Assembly (NCBI RefSeq): GCF_963921235.1
Contig: NC_086108.1
Coordinates: forward strand, 12,958,001-13,022,000
Direction of reading: 5' to 3'
Source: Mobula hypostoma
Taxonomy: Eukaryota
Length of the DNA stretch: 64,000 bases
Positions 25,958 to 39,124 of this stretch are shown in pieces; position 1 is the stretch's first letter, and each line of letters opens with the position of its first letter. A program made the translations under genes and the position numbers. A model generated the notes under the pieces. The model was not told the DNA's origin and searched no databases. It worked only from the letters and a program-made list of their open reading frames with translations.

Positions 25958-28160
25958 TCAGTCAGCCAACCGCAGGCCCGTGACTGTTGTTCTGTAAGCC
26001 TGGAATCATCGGTAGCTTGGCCGACTGCTACGCCCGTGTAGTCAATCCCATTGTGTACAGGATTGAATGCAGGCTGTGAGGGACAGTCAGCCACAGCATT
26101 ATCCTTCCCTTCAATGTTCCATATGTCAACCGTGAATTCCAAAATGTAAGCCAGGTAGCATTGCTGCCACACACACCAAGAGTCTGACACTTTGGCCATC
26201 GCATCCACGAGGGGTTTCTGGTCAACAAACAGTGTAAATTCCGACACTCCAGCAGAAAACCAAAATGGCGGATAGAGACCAAGAAGCTCGCAGTCAAACA
26301 GCATGTATTTCCTGTTGGGGAAGCGGAGCTGCTGGTTGAAGAAGGCCTCCTTCATGCACAGCATCCACAGGATAGTCTGAGGCATTGGTAGTGATATCTA
26401 TAGGTGCATTGGAGAGCAGGTATTCCAGTAGGGTCACATTTGAAAGAGCTCGTTTGCTGTTGTCAAATGCTCTAGTTATGTCTGCTGACCACTCCAGCAT
26501 GCGATTAGGTGCACTGCCTTTAAGGGCACTATACAAGGGGCACATAAGTTCAGCAGCTGTTGGAACAAAACTGTAATAGAATTTCACCATACCTAAAAAC
26601 TCTTGCAGTGCTTTGGTAGTACGGGGCACTGTAAAGTCCGTAACAGTAGGGACTTTTCTTAGCAGGGGTGTTGCACCTTCTGCAGAGATACAGTGACAGA
26701 CAGTCAATAGCAGACAACCCATACTGGTGTTTAGCGGGGTTAGTAATCAGCCCATGTTGGCTTAAGCACTTGAAAAATGTGCAGAGATGTGATAAGTGTT
26801 TGGTTTTGGATGTGCTAGTGACAAGTATGTCGTCCAGGTGAACAAAAAGAAAATCTAAGTCTTTTAACAGAGTCCATTAGTCGCTGGAAAATCTTTGCTG
26901 CATTTTCAGGCCAAATGGCATGCACAGAAACTCAAATAGGCCAAATAAGAGTTGCAACAGTGTTTTGGGAACATTGTCAACACACAGAGGACCTGATGGT
27001 AGCCCCTGGCTAAGTCCACTGTAGAAAAAAATTATCTTTCCAACTAAACGTGCCAAACAGTCTTGAATATGTGTAACTGGGTAGCAATCAGCGTGGTGGC
27101 CTTGTTAAGGTAGCGGTAATTACCACATGGACAGCAACCACCATCGGGCTAAGGAACCACGTGGATGGGCGAAGCCCACGGGCTTACAATGCCAAGCAAT
27201 TCTGTGTAATCAAACTCAGCCTTCACGCTGGCCAGCTTTTCTGAATTCAGGCCACGTGCACGGGCGTGGACCATTGAACTGGGTGTGGAAATGTGGTGCT
27301 TGATCCCATGCTTTGTGACTGTAGTGGAAAATGTGGGCTTGATGAAGTTTGGGAATTTTCCCAGCAGACAAGTGAATTCACGTGTTGGTGCACGTGCTAG
27401 ACAGGGTCATCAAGGGGAATTACTGTGGGCACAGGGTAACGACCCAAAGTCTTTTGCATCCACAGGCCAGCAGTTCTTAAGATCTAACAGCCCTTTGGTG
27501 CGCAGGAAATCTGTGCCAAGCAGAAGTCTAGCAAGACAAAGTCCCAAGTGTAGCATTGTCCAATGAGGCAGAGCGTCACGCATCATGTCCCATAAGTCTA
27601 TTGGCAGCCCCCTGCAAGGATCCATGGATCTCGTCTTATAGTCAATAGGTGATGCTGGCAGCACACTCGATTGAGCACCCGTGTCACACAGGAAATGTCG
27701 CCCTGAAAGGGTGTCCATAATGAACAGTAGATGACCCTGGCGACTGGAACCCACGGTGTTCATAGACCTCCAACGTGTTGGCATTTTAGCAAGCTTCACA
27801 GGTGCATTAACAAGGGCTGTGCAAACTTGATCAGGCATTTGCTGCATAAAGAGGTCTTTAAAAATAAAACAAGGGTGGCGATTGCCCAAGAGAGACAGCA
27901 CGTGGTCCATTAGTTCTGAAGGCCTAACATCACCCAGGCCGGATAAGGAGAGCAACGGCTTGGTATGCTCGGACTCAGACAGTCCAAAAGTCTGCAACAG
28001 GTGAGATTTCAGAGTGACATGCTTATCATGTGCAGTCCTGTCTTCTAGTAGACTCGCCACTCAGGCTGCACTGAAACTACTTAGCAATGCTACAACATAG
28101 TCAAATTTGGTGTTGTCTGTGGTGATAACTTGCAGTGCGAACTGGGCTTCCGCCTGTGAA
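25958..28160 (-). mobile_element. Decayed Ty3/Gypsy gag-pol (gag, PR, RT, RNase H)
   Basis: gag LGDVRPSELMDHVLSLL, protease FLCDTGAQSSVLP, RT FVHLDDIL (~26825-26850) and LQEFLGMVKFY, RNase H TNASDY and FTLFVDQKPL. Many frameshifts. Confidence 0.88.
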
Positions 28161-28702
28161 AATCAGAATCGGATTTATTATCACCGGCATACGTTGTGAA
28201 ACCTGTCAACTTAGCAGCAGCAGTAGTACGATGCAATACATGACAATATAGAAAGAAAAAAAAATAATAAAAAACGTATATTTAACCGAGATGTAGTGAG
28301 CTGCTCCCAAAACTCTGACTGTATTAGTTGACTTGTTGTTAAGTAGCTTTGGAATCGTCCAAGAGCATTGAGGTGACCAAAATAGGATTTTGTGAATAAA
28401 ACATACAAGAGTTGTTTCATGTGCTCAACAAAAGCCGCAGCCCCTTACTTCTGTTGCGAACAAACCAAAAGCTGTCGCCTTATACTGACGTTATTATGTC
28501 AAGACAGTCTCTTAAAGTGAATACAACTCAATGCCAGCATTTGTGAATTATATAGAACAGTTTCTGTATTGTACTGTTCTATGTTCTATATGCTTAATGG
28601 TGGGGAGGTCATTACCTGTCATGGACACTCGCCTCACAAAGTAGCTTCCAGTTGTTGCTGTAGCTGCCTGTATTTCCCAGCCAGCAGGGATGGAAAATAT
28701 TA

Positions 28703-28741
<39 letters not shown>

Positions 28742-29031
28742 TTGCTCTCGGCCCTGGAGACCTCACTGCTCTAGGTCCATCGGCATCGCATGACTATGGC
28801 AGGAACTCCGGCCCATGACCCAGAGCTGTCCGTGTCCTGGGAGAGCAGGAGGAGATGGTGTAGACGTAGCTTTCTTCTATCACTGTCCTTATACTGGGAC
28901 AATTTGGTCGGGAAGATTAGAGGGAACATTACTCTTTCTCTAACCCACACTGCCATTGCCCTGGGAATGTGTGATGGAATTTTGTTCTGTAGATAACCTT
29001 TGCTGTCCCAGAAGGAGATTCTTCAAAGCTT

Positions 29032-29760
29032 CAATCAGAATCAGGTTTAAAATCACCGGCAGATGTTGATAGGTCATGAAATCTGTCAATTTCGCAGCAA
29101 TGGTACAATGCAACACATGATAATAAAGAAAAAACTGTGAATTACAGTAAATATACATATATAATAGTTAAATTAAATCAATAGTGCAAAAAATAGAAAT
29201 AAAGTAGTGAGGTAGTGTCCAATGTCCATTCAGAAACTGGATGTCAGAGGGGAAGAAGCTGTTCCTGAATTGCTGAGTGTGTGTGTTCAGGCTCCTGTAC
29301 CTCCCCCCTGATGATAACAAATGTCCCGGGTGATAGGGGTCCTTAGTGATGGATACCACCTATCGAGACACCGCTACTTGAAGATGTCCCGGATACTACA
29401 GAAGTAGTGCCCATGATGGAGCTGACTAAGTTTACAACTCTCTGCAGCTTACTTTGATCCTGTGCAGTAGCTCCCCCACCCCCCCACCATACCAGACGGC
29501 AATACTTTCCATGGTACATTTGTAGAAATATGTGAGTGTCTTTGATGACATATCAAATCTCTTCAAGCCCTTAATGAGGTATAGCCGCTGCCATGCGTTC
29601 TTTGTGGCTGCTGGGCTCAGGATAGATCCTCAGAGACATTGACACCCAGGAAGCTGAAATCGCTCACTCTTTCCATTTCTGATCCCTCTCTGAGGACTGG
29701 TGTGTGTTCCCCCGGCCTACCCTTTCTGAAGTCCACAATCAGTTCTTTGGTCTTACTGAT
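29032..29760 (-). mobile_element. Rex/Babar-like LINE 3' fragment
   Basis: KTKELIVDFRK...FLGVNVSEDLS and FRNSFFPSDI. Confidence 0.82.
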
Positions 29761-30023
29761 GCTTTGAAAGCTTTCTGTCGCTGATACTATTACATCACCG
29801 TCATTGTTTGGCAATGACATTCATACTGAGGTGCAGTAAATATACTGAATGACGGTCAATATTTTTAAAATAATAGTCCACAATCAGTTCTTTGGTCTTA
29901 CTGATGCTTTGAAAGCTTTCTGTCGCTGATACTATTACATCACTGTCATTGTTTGGCAATGACATTCATACTGAGGTGCAGTAAATATACTGAATGACGG
30001 TCAATATTTTTAAAATAATAGTC
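29730..30023. repeat. 145-bp tandem duplication
   Basis: 29730-29874 is repeated at 29875-30019, with one mismatch seen (caccgtc/cactgtc) and AGTC at the junctions. Confidence 0.95.
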
Positions 30024-30139
30024 AAGGGAATATTTGAACTAAATTTTGAGCGGTGCAGTTTTGTTGCTTGTGCATATTAAAATGGAACAGTAATCCTGAT
30101 CATCCACAGGTCTCAAAATGGTTTGACTAAAGCCCAGGA

Positions 30140-30688
30140 TTTAGATGTACCGTGGAGAGCATTCTGACAGGCTCCTCTCTCTCTGGTATTGCGGTGGGGG
30201 GTGGGGGTGGGCTACTACACAGGACTGAAAGAAGTTGCAGAGGGTCGTAAATAAAGATGGCTCCATCTTGGGTATCAGCCTACAAAGTACCCAGGACATC
30301 TTCAGGGAGCGGTGTCTCAGAAAGGCAGCGTCCATTATTAAGGGCCTCCAGCACCCAGGACATGTCCTTTTCTCACTGTTACCATCAGGCAGGAGGTACA
30401 GAAGCCTGAAGGCACACACTCAGTTATTCAGGAACCGCTTCTTCCCCTCTGCCATTTGAATCCTAAATGGCCATTGAACCCATAAACACTATCTCACTTT
30501 TTTAATATATATTATTTCTGTTTTTGTGTGATTTTTAATCTATTCAGTCTACATATACTGTAATTGATTGATTTATTTATTTATTTTTACCTTTTTTTTC
30601 TTCTATATTATGTATTGTATTGAACTGCTGCTAAGCTAACAAATTTCACGACACTGGTCAGCGATAATAAACCTGATTCTGATTCTGA
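30140..30688 (+). mobile_element. Rex/Babar-like LINE 3' fragment
   Basis: HPGHVLFSLLPSGRRYRSLKAHTQLFRNRFFPSAI and the tail aataaacctgattctgattctga. Confidence 0.85.
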
Positions 30689-31559
30689 GTGAGTAAGGGT
30701 CAGTCTATGGGAGTGTTGGCCAAGCTGACCATTCATGAGTCCGAGTGGTGGACAGTCGAGGGCTGTGCCAATCACCTGCCCCTCTACCGGGGATACATTC
30801 CTGCCCGGATGCCCTTGAAGAGGGAGCATGCGGTCATAATGGGTACAGTAGGGGATTTCTGGGAGCGGTGGGACTGTTTTATAGACAGTAATAATCATAT
30901 TTTAATTTGGACTTATCCACTGCTTTGTAAATACTTGATGTTTGTATTTTGAGTATTTTTGTATGAATAGACTTTTGTAGTTTTGTGGAAAAAAATGGAA
31001 CGAGGGTCAGTAGGAACCTGCCTCATTGTGAGTTCACAAGTGCAAGCCTCAGTGTCAGTGTCAGCAACTGCTTGTACAGTTCCATGGCTGATATTACACA
31101 GGCAAACTCCAGCAGGAATCTCTGGGTTTAAATGCCTTCACATTCTGCGGAGCCCAGCCAACTAAAATAGCTGCTTCGATCTTTGCCAACGGAGACGTAA
31201 TCCATCCTCTTAGCAGCTGGCTTGCAGCCACCCTTCCTAATGTGAACAGTTGTGCTCAAACTGGAGCCTAGCACTGACCATCAGAATTCCCTCCTGCAAG
31301 AAATCTGTATCATTCAGCCTTCCGTAACATCTACATCCCCGTAACAGCCTCCATTCCCAAGTCTCCATTTCCGTTTTGCCTTTCCGGACAATCCCTTCCT
31401 CCCCGTTTATTCATCCTGCAGTTCAATACTTGCTGTCCAATACCCTTTGTACCTCTCCCAATTTCCCCCAACATACTCAGCTAGGATGCTTATCAAATTT
31501 GCCTGCACAGGGTCTATATTCCTCCATTCACCTTGCTTCATGTGTCTGAATAACTTCCG

Positions 31560-32185
31560 TAAGATACAGGAGCAGAATTAGGCCATTTGGCCCATCAAGT
31601 CCGCTCTGCCATTTCATCATGGCTGATCCATTTCCCCTCTCAGCCCCAATCTCCTGCACCTTATCCCATATCCCTTCATGCCCTCACTAATGAAGAACCT
31701 ATCAACCTCTGCCTTAAATACACCCAATGACATGACCTCCACAGCCACCGGTGGCAATGAATTCCACAGATTCACCACTCTTTAGCTGAAGAGATTTGCA
31801 GGTTGAGTTGGTGGTGAGGAAAGCAAATGCAATGCTGGCATTCATTTCGAGAGGACTAGAAGATAAAAGCACAGAATGTTGAAACTTTATAAAGCACTGG
31901 TGAGCCCTCACTTGGAGTATTGTGAGTAGCCTTGGGCCCCTTGTCTAAGAAAGGACGTGCTGAAATTGGAGAGGTTTCACAGAAATGATTCCGGGATTGA
32001 AAGGTTTGTCACGTGAACAGAGTTTGATGGCTCTAGACCAGCTCTCACTGGAATTCAGAAGAATCGGGAGTGACCTCATTGAAACCCGTCGAAAGTTGAA
32101 AGGCCTCGATAGAGTGAATATGGAGAGGATGTTTCCTATGGTGGGGAAGTCTAAGACCAGAGGACACAGCCTCAGAATAGAGGAA
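31560..32185 (-). mobile_element. CR1 insertion with 5' inversion
   Basis: Minus-strand 3' end (31560-31792) is joined to a plus-strand upstream segment (31795-32185, LQVELVVRKANAML ... GHSLRIE). Confidence 0.75.
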
Positions 32186-32712
32186 TCATTCAATAGCAGC
32201 TCCCTGAGGAGCACTGAGGTATTGAGTGACCTTGAGGTGCAAGTCCATAGTTCCCTGAAAATGGCAATCAAAGTAGATGTGATTATAAAGAAGGTAAACA
32301 GCATAGTTGCCCTCATCCTTTTAGGCATTGAGTATAAAAGTTGCTGAATCATGTTGGAGCTCCTTAAAACTTTGGTTAATCCACATTTGGAATATATGAT
32401 GTTGTCCTAGTTACCCGAGTATAGAAAATATGTGAAGGTTTTGGAGAGAGCACAGAAGGGATTCACCAGGATAATACTTGGAGTGGAGTGTATTAGTTTC
32501 ACTTGAGGTTTGACACACTTGGACTGTTTCCTCTGTAATGCTGGGGGCTGAGGGTTGAGCTGACAGAATAGAGCTTTGTTGTCATTGTTCAAGACAACAA
32601 GATTTCGGTGCTACTCTAGTCCGTGAAAAACAGATATTTACAACGCATGCAGTATGGCTTAATTCTTTAAAAACTCCCAGATTTACATGCAACAAATGAC
32701 TTCGATAGTCTG

Positions 32713-33320
32713 TAACCATAAGACCATAAGATATAAGAGCAGAATTAGGCCATTTAGCCAATCGTGTCTGCTCCACCATTTCATCATGGCTGATCCATTT
32801 CCCTCTCAGCCATCTCCCCGTATCCCTTCATGCCCTGACCAATCAAGAATCTATCAACCTCTGCCTTAAATATACCCAATGACTTAATCACCATAGCAGC
32901 CTGTGGCAACGAATTCCACAGAATCACCACTCTCTAGCTAAAGAAATCCCTTCTCATCTCCATTCTAAAAAGACACCCCTCTATTCTGAGGCTGCGTCCA
33001 TGGTCTTAGACTCCCCCAGTATAGGAAACATCCTCTTCACATCCACTCTATCTACATTCAATAGGATACAAGGAGGTCACCCCTCATTCTTCTGAATTCC
33101 AGTGACTACAGGCTAAGAGCCATCAAACACTCTTCATATGACAAGCCTTTCAATTCCAGAATCACTTTTCGTGAACCTCCTTTGCCCCCTCTCCAATGTC
33201 AGCATATCCTTTCTTAGATAAGGGGCCTAAAACTGCTCACAATAGTCCTGATGAGGCCTCACCAGTGCTTTATAAAGCCTCAGCATTACATCCTTGCTTT
33301 TATATTCTCGTCCTCTTGAA
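32713..33320 (-). mobile_element. CR1 LINE 3' fragment
   Basis: Tail accataagaccataagatataagagcagaattaggcc and EYKSKDVMLRLYKALVRPH on the minus strand. Confidence 0.88.
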
Positions 33321-34524
33321 ATCTTTTTCTGACATTTTCTGGCATTTTCTCTCACAAAGTGTAATACCTCACATGTATCCAGATTAAATACTGCCATTTC
33401 TCCAAACATGTTCACAATCGATCATACCCTGCTGTACTCTTCCGCAAAATTCCTCACTACCTACAATTCTGTCAATTTTCTTTTTCTCATCTGCAAACTT
33501 GCTTATGTCCACCTACGTTTTCATCTAAATTAATTCAGGAACAGCTTCTTCCCCTCTGCCATTCGATTCCCAAATGGACATTGAACCCATGAACACTACC
33601 TCACCTTTTTAATATATATTATTTCTGTGTTTGCACGATATTTAATCTATTCAATATACATATACTATAACTTATTTATTATTATTATTCTAGGTTATGT
33701 ATTGCATTGAACTGCTGCTGCTAAGTTAACAAATTTCACAACATATGCCGGTGATAATAAACCTGATTCTGATATATATATATATATTTCAGAGAAATAA
33801 CAGACTTGAGCAGAGGCTCCTGTGGAACAGAACTGCTCATTCTCCCCTAGTCAGAAAATCACACCTCCACCCTCTTGTCTTCATTAACGAAGAAAAGATC
33901 AGGAGCTGATGTGCGGACAGACTGGGAGCTTCAAAGATCCTCACCATTCAGTCCAGGCAATTTTCTTGTCGCTACCATCCGGCAGGAGGTACAGAAGCAT
34001 CAAGTCCCACATCAGCAGGTTCACGACCAGCTACTTCCCTTCAACCATTTGATCCTTGAACCAACCCCACAACCCAATTCACGGGAGTGTAGCAACGCTG
34101 CTTTTCACTGAAATAGATTTTGATTTTCTTGTTACAATTGTGTTATTTGTTGTAAAGATTGTGCTTTCCTTGTGAATTCCGCCTGTGATGCTGCTGCAAG
34201 TAGGTTTTGCACTGCACCTGTGCGTACATGCACTTGTGTATCTGTTAGTAAACTCAGTTTTGACTTTGAATGGAGGAAGCATTTCCAACAGAGCTGCCCT
34301 TGTCCAAGTCGGTGATCCATCAAATTCCTAACTTGTGAGTTATAGATGGTGGAAAAGCTTTGGGGTGCCAGGAGGTGAGTCATCACTGCAGAAAACTCAG
34401 CCTCTGACTTGCTCTTGTGGCCACAGTATTGTATGGCTGGTATCGTCCATTTTTCACCAAGGAATTGATAGTAGGAGATCAAGCAATGGCATTCTCATGG
34501 TAAAATAACTGGATTTTTTTTCTT

Positions 34525-35745
34525 GGCAACACACATGAAATGCTGGAGGAACTCAGCAGGTCAGGAAATGACATTTCGGGCAGAGACCCTTCGTCGGGAC
34601 TAAAATGGAAGGGGGAACTTGCCGGAATAAAAAGGTGGGGGAAGGGGAAGGAGGGTAGCTAGAAGGTGATGGATGAAGTCGGGTGGGTGGGAAAGGTAAA
34701 AGGCTGGCGAGGAAGGAATCTGATACAAGAGGAGAGAGATCACAGGAGAAAGGGAAGGAGGAGAGGACCCAGGGGGAAGTGAGAGGCAGTTGAGAAGAGA
34801 TAAGAGGCCAGAGTAGAGAATAGAGGAGGAAGGGAGGGGCAAGGAAACTCGTTTTACTGAAAGGAGAAATTGAAATTCATGCCATCAGGTTGGAGGCTAC
34901 CCAGATGGGTTAAGGAGCTTACGGTAAAGGAATCCTTAGGAGACAGTGATCATAATATGATAGAATTCACACTGCAGTTTGAGAAGGAGAAGATAAAGTG
35001 AGAAGTATCACACTACAGTAGAGTAAAGGGAATTACAGAGGCAAGAGGGAGAAGCTGGCCAAAGTGGAAGGTGATGGGTGAAGCCAGCTGGCTGGGAAAG
35101 GTGGCTGGAGAAGAGGGAATCCAGTAGGAGAGGAGAGTGGGCCATGGGAGAAAGGGAAATAGGAGGGGCGTCGGGGGAGGTGATAGGCATGAGAAAGGAA
35201 GCTCAGAGAGTCCTACCACAAGTGGGATTTCCCAATGGCCAAACATTTTAATTCTGATTCCATTCTCATTCCGACATGTCAGCCCATGGCCTCCTCTTGT
35301 GCCATGATGAGGCCACTCTCAGGGTAGAGGAGCAACACATTATATTCCATCTGGGTAGCCTCCAACCTGATGGCATTAACATTGATTTCTCTTTCTGGTA
35401 AAAAAAAATCCCCTCCCTCTCTTCCCCACTCTGACTTTTTAACTCATTTCACCTGCCTATCTCTCCTCCCAGGTCTCCCTCTCCTTCCCTTTCTTCTGTG
35501 ATCCACCCTCTTCTCCCACCAGATTCCTTCCTTCATAGCCTTTATCTTTCCGACCCACCTGGCTTAACCTATCACCTTCTAGCTATCCTCCTTCTCCTCC
35601 TCCCACCTTTTTATTCTGGTGTCTTCCCCCTTCTTTCTTCAGTCCTGAAGAACGGTCTCGGCCTGAAACCTTGATGTTTATTCACCTCCATAGATGCTGT
35701 CTGACCTGCTGTGTTCCTCAAGCATTTAGTGTGTTGCTTTAGATT
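34525..35745. mobile_element. Cluster of Penelope-like terminal/GIY-YIG fragments in both orientations, with a short CR1 piece (~34912-35065)
   Basis: Minus copy ~34525-34910 and plus copy ~35230-35745 share ctgggtagcctccaacctgatggcat, the CT-rich 3' region and hammerhead-like motifs (34572-34601, 35640-35677). Confidence 0.72.
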
Positions 35746-35924
35746 TCTTTGTCTCCATCTCCTTCTCTCCCCTTGCTTTCACTCATCTGCATCAATGATA
35801 TTGAATAACCCAAGGGGAACGGGTCTGTTTATCCAAGAGGAAAAGAAGGCTGAGATGTGAGATAGTATACATAACCGTGAGAGACACAGATAAAGTAGCT
35901 AGCCCAAGCCTATTTCCCACATTC

Positions 35925-36310
35925 ATCATCATTATGTGTCACGTCATGTCATATGACGTGGGCGATCATGGTCTACGATGACCACGGTTGTTCTTGGCAA
36001 ATTTTTCTACAGAAGTGGTTTGCCATTGCCTTCTTCTGGGCAGTGTCTTTACCACACGGGTGACCCCAGCCATTATCAGTACTCCTCAGAGACTGTCTGC
36101 CTGACATCAGTGGTTGCATAACCAGGACTTGTGATCTGCACCGGCTGCTCATACCACCATCCACCACCTGCTCCAGTGGCTTCACGTGACCCTGATCGGG
36201 AGGGGCTAAGCAGGTGCTACACCTTTCCCAAGGTGACCTGCAGGGCTAGTGGAGGGATGGAGCACCCTGCACTTCCTTTGGTAGAGATGCATCTCCACTC
36301 CGCCACCCAT
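35925..36310 (-). mobile_element. RTE-tailed non-autonomous element (probable)
   Basis: Contains GAAGTGGTTTGCCATTGCCTTCTTC, the complement of the RTE/BovB-type 3' motif, next to a (CAT)n tail. Confidence 0.5.
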
Positions 36311-36759
36311 GGTGGTGTGCCTAAAAGTAGAGGGCATAGGTTTATGGTGGGAGGGAGGAGGGTTAAAGCGGATGGGTGAGTGTGGGGGGGGGGTAAATGT
36401 TCATGGAACGTTCAGTTGGTATTTGGAATGTGCTGCTTGAGAAGGAGATAGATGCAGGAACAGTAATGACATCTACAAGAAACCTGGACAGGTGCTTGAA
36501 GAACAAGGCACCGTGGGATGTGGATGCGGTAGCCAAGGGCTGGTTTCTGTGCCATACAACTAAAAGACTGCACTTTGTTTTCTTCTCCCATTCTTTCTTT
36601 CCTCCCCCCCCCTTATTCCTCTCTTTTATTCTCTATTTCTCTTTCCCTCGCTCTTTCCTCTTCTGAAAAAGAGCTTTGATCAGCAGCCAATCCAGATATC
36701 AGAAGTTTTGAGAGGAGGGGACTTCAATCAAGTCCATTGCCCGAGTACAAAAGGCAATA

Positions 36760-39090
36760 GTGAAAAAGAGTTTTGACCAGAGACCAATCGGCATTTGAGA
36801 TTGATTAGCGAGGACAAACTAAAGGAAGCCAGAGGCAAGTGCAGTGGACAGAATCAGAGTGGTGATCTCGAGGGTTCGGTCAGAGATAGCAAAAGAAACG
36901 AAAAGCACGAGGCTAATTTTTATTTCTCCTTCCCTTCTTTATATCTCTTCAGCTAGGACATTAGAGATGCCTGGCTCCTCTCGCAGGATGTGGGAAGGCA
37001 GGGAGCCCTCCAGTGTCCTTGCATCCAGCTGCAGCTTCTACCAATCCGTGTTAGGAGTTGGAGCTGGAAATGGATGAACTCTGGATCATTCTGGAGGATA
37101 AGGGGATGATAGATAGGACATGTAGAGAGGTGGTAACACCCAAGGTGCAGGACACAGGAAACTGGGTGACAGTTAGGAAGGGGAAAGGGGTTAAGGAGCC
37201 AGTGCAGAGTACCCCTGTGGCCATCCCTTCAACAACAGGCATATCACATTGGATATTGTTGGGGTGATTACCTTACAGAGGGAAGTAACAGTGGTCTGGT
37301 CCCTGGCACTGAGTTTTCCTCTGTGACTCAGAAGGGAAGTGGGGAGAAGAGGCACACTGTGAAAATAGGGGATTCATTAATTGGGGGAATGGACAGGAGG
37401 TTCTGTGGGCGAGAATGAGATTCCCAGATGGTATGTTGCCTCTTGGGTGTCAAGGTCTGGGATATCTCGGATCAAGTCCTCAGCATTCCTAAGTGGGAAG
37501 GTGAACAGCCAGAGGCCATGATCCATGGCCTGGGTAGGACAAGTGAAGAGGTTCTGCATAGGGGGTTCAGGGAATTAGGAGCTAAGTTAAAGGGTAAGAC
37601 CTCCAGGGTTGCGATCTCAGGATTGCTACCCGTGCCACATGATAGTGAGGCCAGACCTAGGAAGATTATGCTGTTGAATATGTGGCTAAAGAGTTTGTGC
37701 TGGAGGGAGGGCATAAGATTTTTGGATCATTGGGCTCTCTTCCAGGGAAGGTGGGACCTGTACAGAGGGAGAATTTGCATCTGGACTAAAGGGGTATGAA
37801 TATCCTAGCGGGGTTTTGTTACTGTTATATTGTGGGGTTGTATTGTGGGGTTCAAACTAGAGTTGCAGGGTGATGGGAACCAGAGTACCAGAACAATTAG
37901 TTGTGGAAGCAAGTAAGACCTCAGACAAAGTTAAAAATCATAAAGTTGAGCATAGTGTAACTAGTGCCCTGAGCTGCATTTATTTCAATGCAAAAGTATC
38001 GTAGGAAAGGGGGATGATGGTGCTGAAGATGAGGTAACTGGTTTACAAACAGAGGCAATGTGTGGTGAAGAGAGGCTGTTGAAAGGACAAAATTGCAGTC
38101 AACAGGATGACTTGCAGCATAAAAGACAGACAAAATTGAGAAGTATGAATACAGGTCTGAAGGTGTATCTGAATGTGTACAGTATATGGGATAAGGTCGA
38201 TGAACTTGCAACACAGTCGCAGACTGGCAGGTATGATGTTGTAGGCATCACTAAAAGAAGATTATGGCTGGGAGGATAACATCCAAGAATACACGTTGTA
38301 TTGAAAGGACAGGAAGACAGAGGGGGCAGTGTTTCTCTGTTGGTAAAAAATGAAATCAAGTCATTAGAAAGAGGTGACAGGGGGTTGGAAGGTGTTGAAT
38401 CATTGTGGATAGAGCTAAGGAACTGCAAGGGTGAAAAGAACCTGATGATAGTTTTAGATAAACCCCCAAACAGTATTAAGGATGTGGCCCACAAATTACC
38501 ACAGGAGATAGAAAATGCATGCCGAAAGGGCAATGTTACAACAGTCATGGGGGACTTTAATATGCAGGTAGGTTAGGCAAAATCAGCTAAATTCTGGATT
38601 ACAGGAAGGGGAATTTATGGAGTGCCTACGAGATGGCTTTTTAGAGCAACTCGTGGTTGAGTCCACTCAGGGATTCTGGATTGGGTGTTGTGCAATGAAA
38701 CAGAATTGATTAAAGAGCTTAAGTTAAAAGAACCCATGTGATCATAATTTGATCGAAATCACGCAAAATTTGAAAGCTGAAGTCAGATATATCACTATTA
38801 CAGTGGAGTAAAGGGAATTACAGAGACATGAAAGAGGAAATGGCCAGAATTAATTGGAAAAGAACACTGGCAGTGATGAAGGTAGAGCAGCAATGACTGG
38901 AATTTCTGGAAGCAATTCGGAAAGCACAGGATACATACATCCCAACCAGGAAGAAGTATTCTGAGGGAAAGATGACACAACCATAGTTAACAAGAGGCAG
39001 CAAAGCCAACATAAAAGCCAAAGAAAGAGCATATAATAGAATAAAAATTAGTGAGAAGTTAGAGGATTGGGAAGCTTTTAAAAGCTAACA
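36760..39090 (+). mobile_element. CR1 LINE 5' part: decayed ORF1 (SGNH esterase-like) and APE endonuclease
   Basis: IGDS, MVCCLLGVKVWDI, RVAISGLLPVP and FLDHWALFQGRWDLY in ORF1. VYLNVYSIWDK, RGGSVSLLVK, VESLWIELRN and MGDFN in ORF2. Confidence 0.88.
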
Positions 39091-39124
39091 AAGCCATCGA
39101 TTCCATTATCGAAATCACTGAGCA

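Noticed and set aside
28785..28830. Candidate extra LTBP exon after ctctag acceptor
   Set aside because: The phase-1 frame hits TGA after about 14 codons with no donor.
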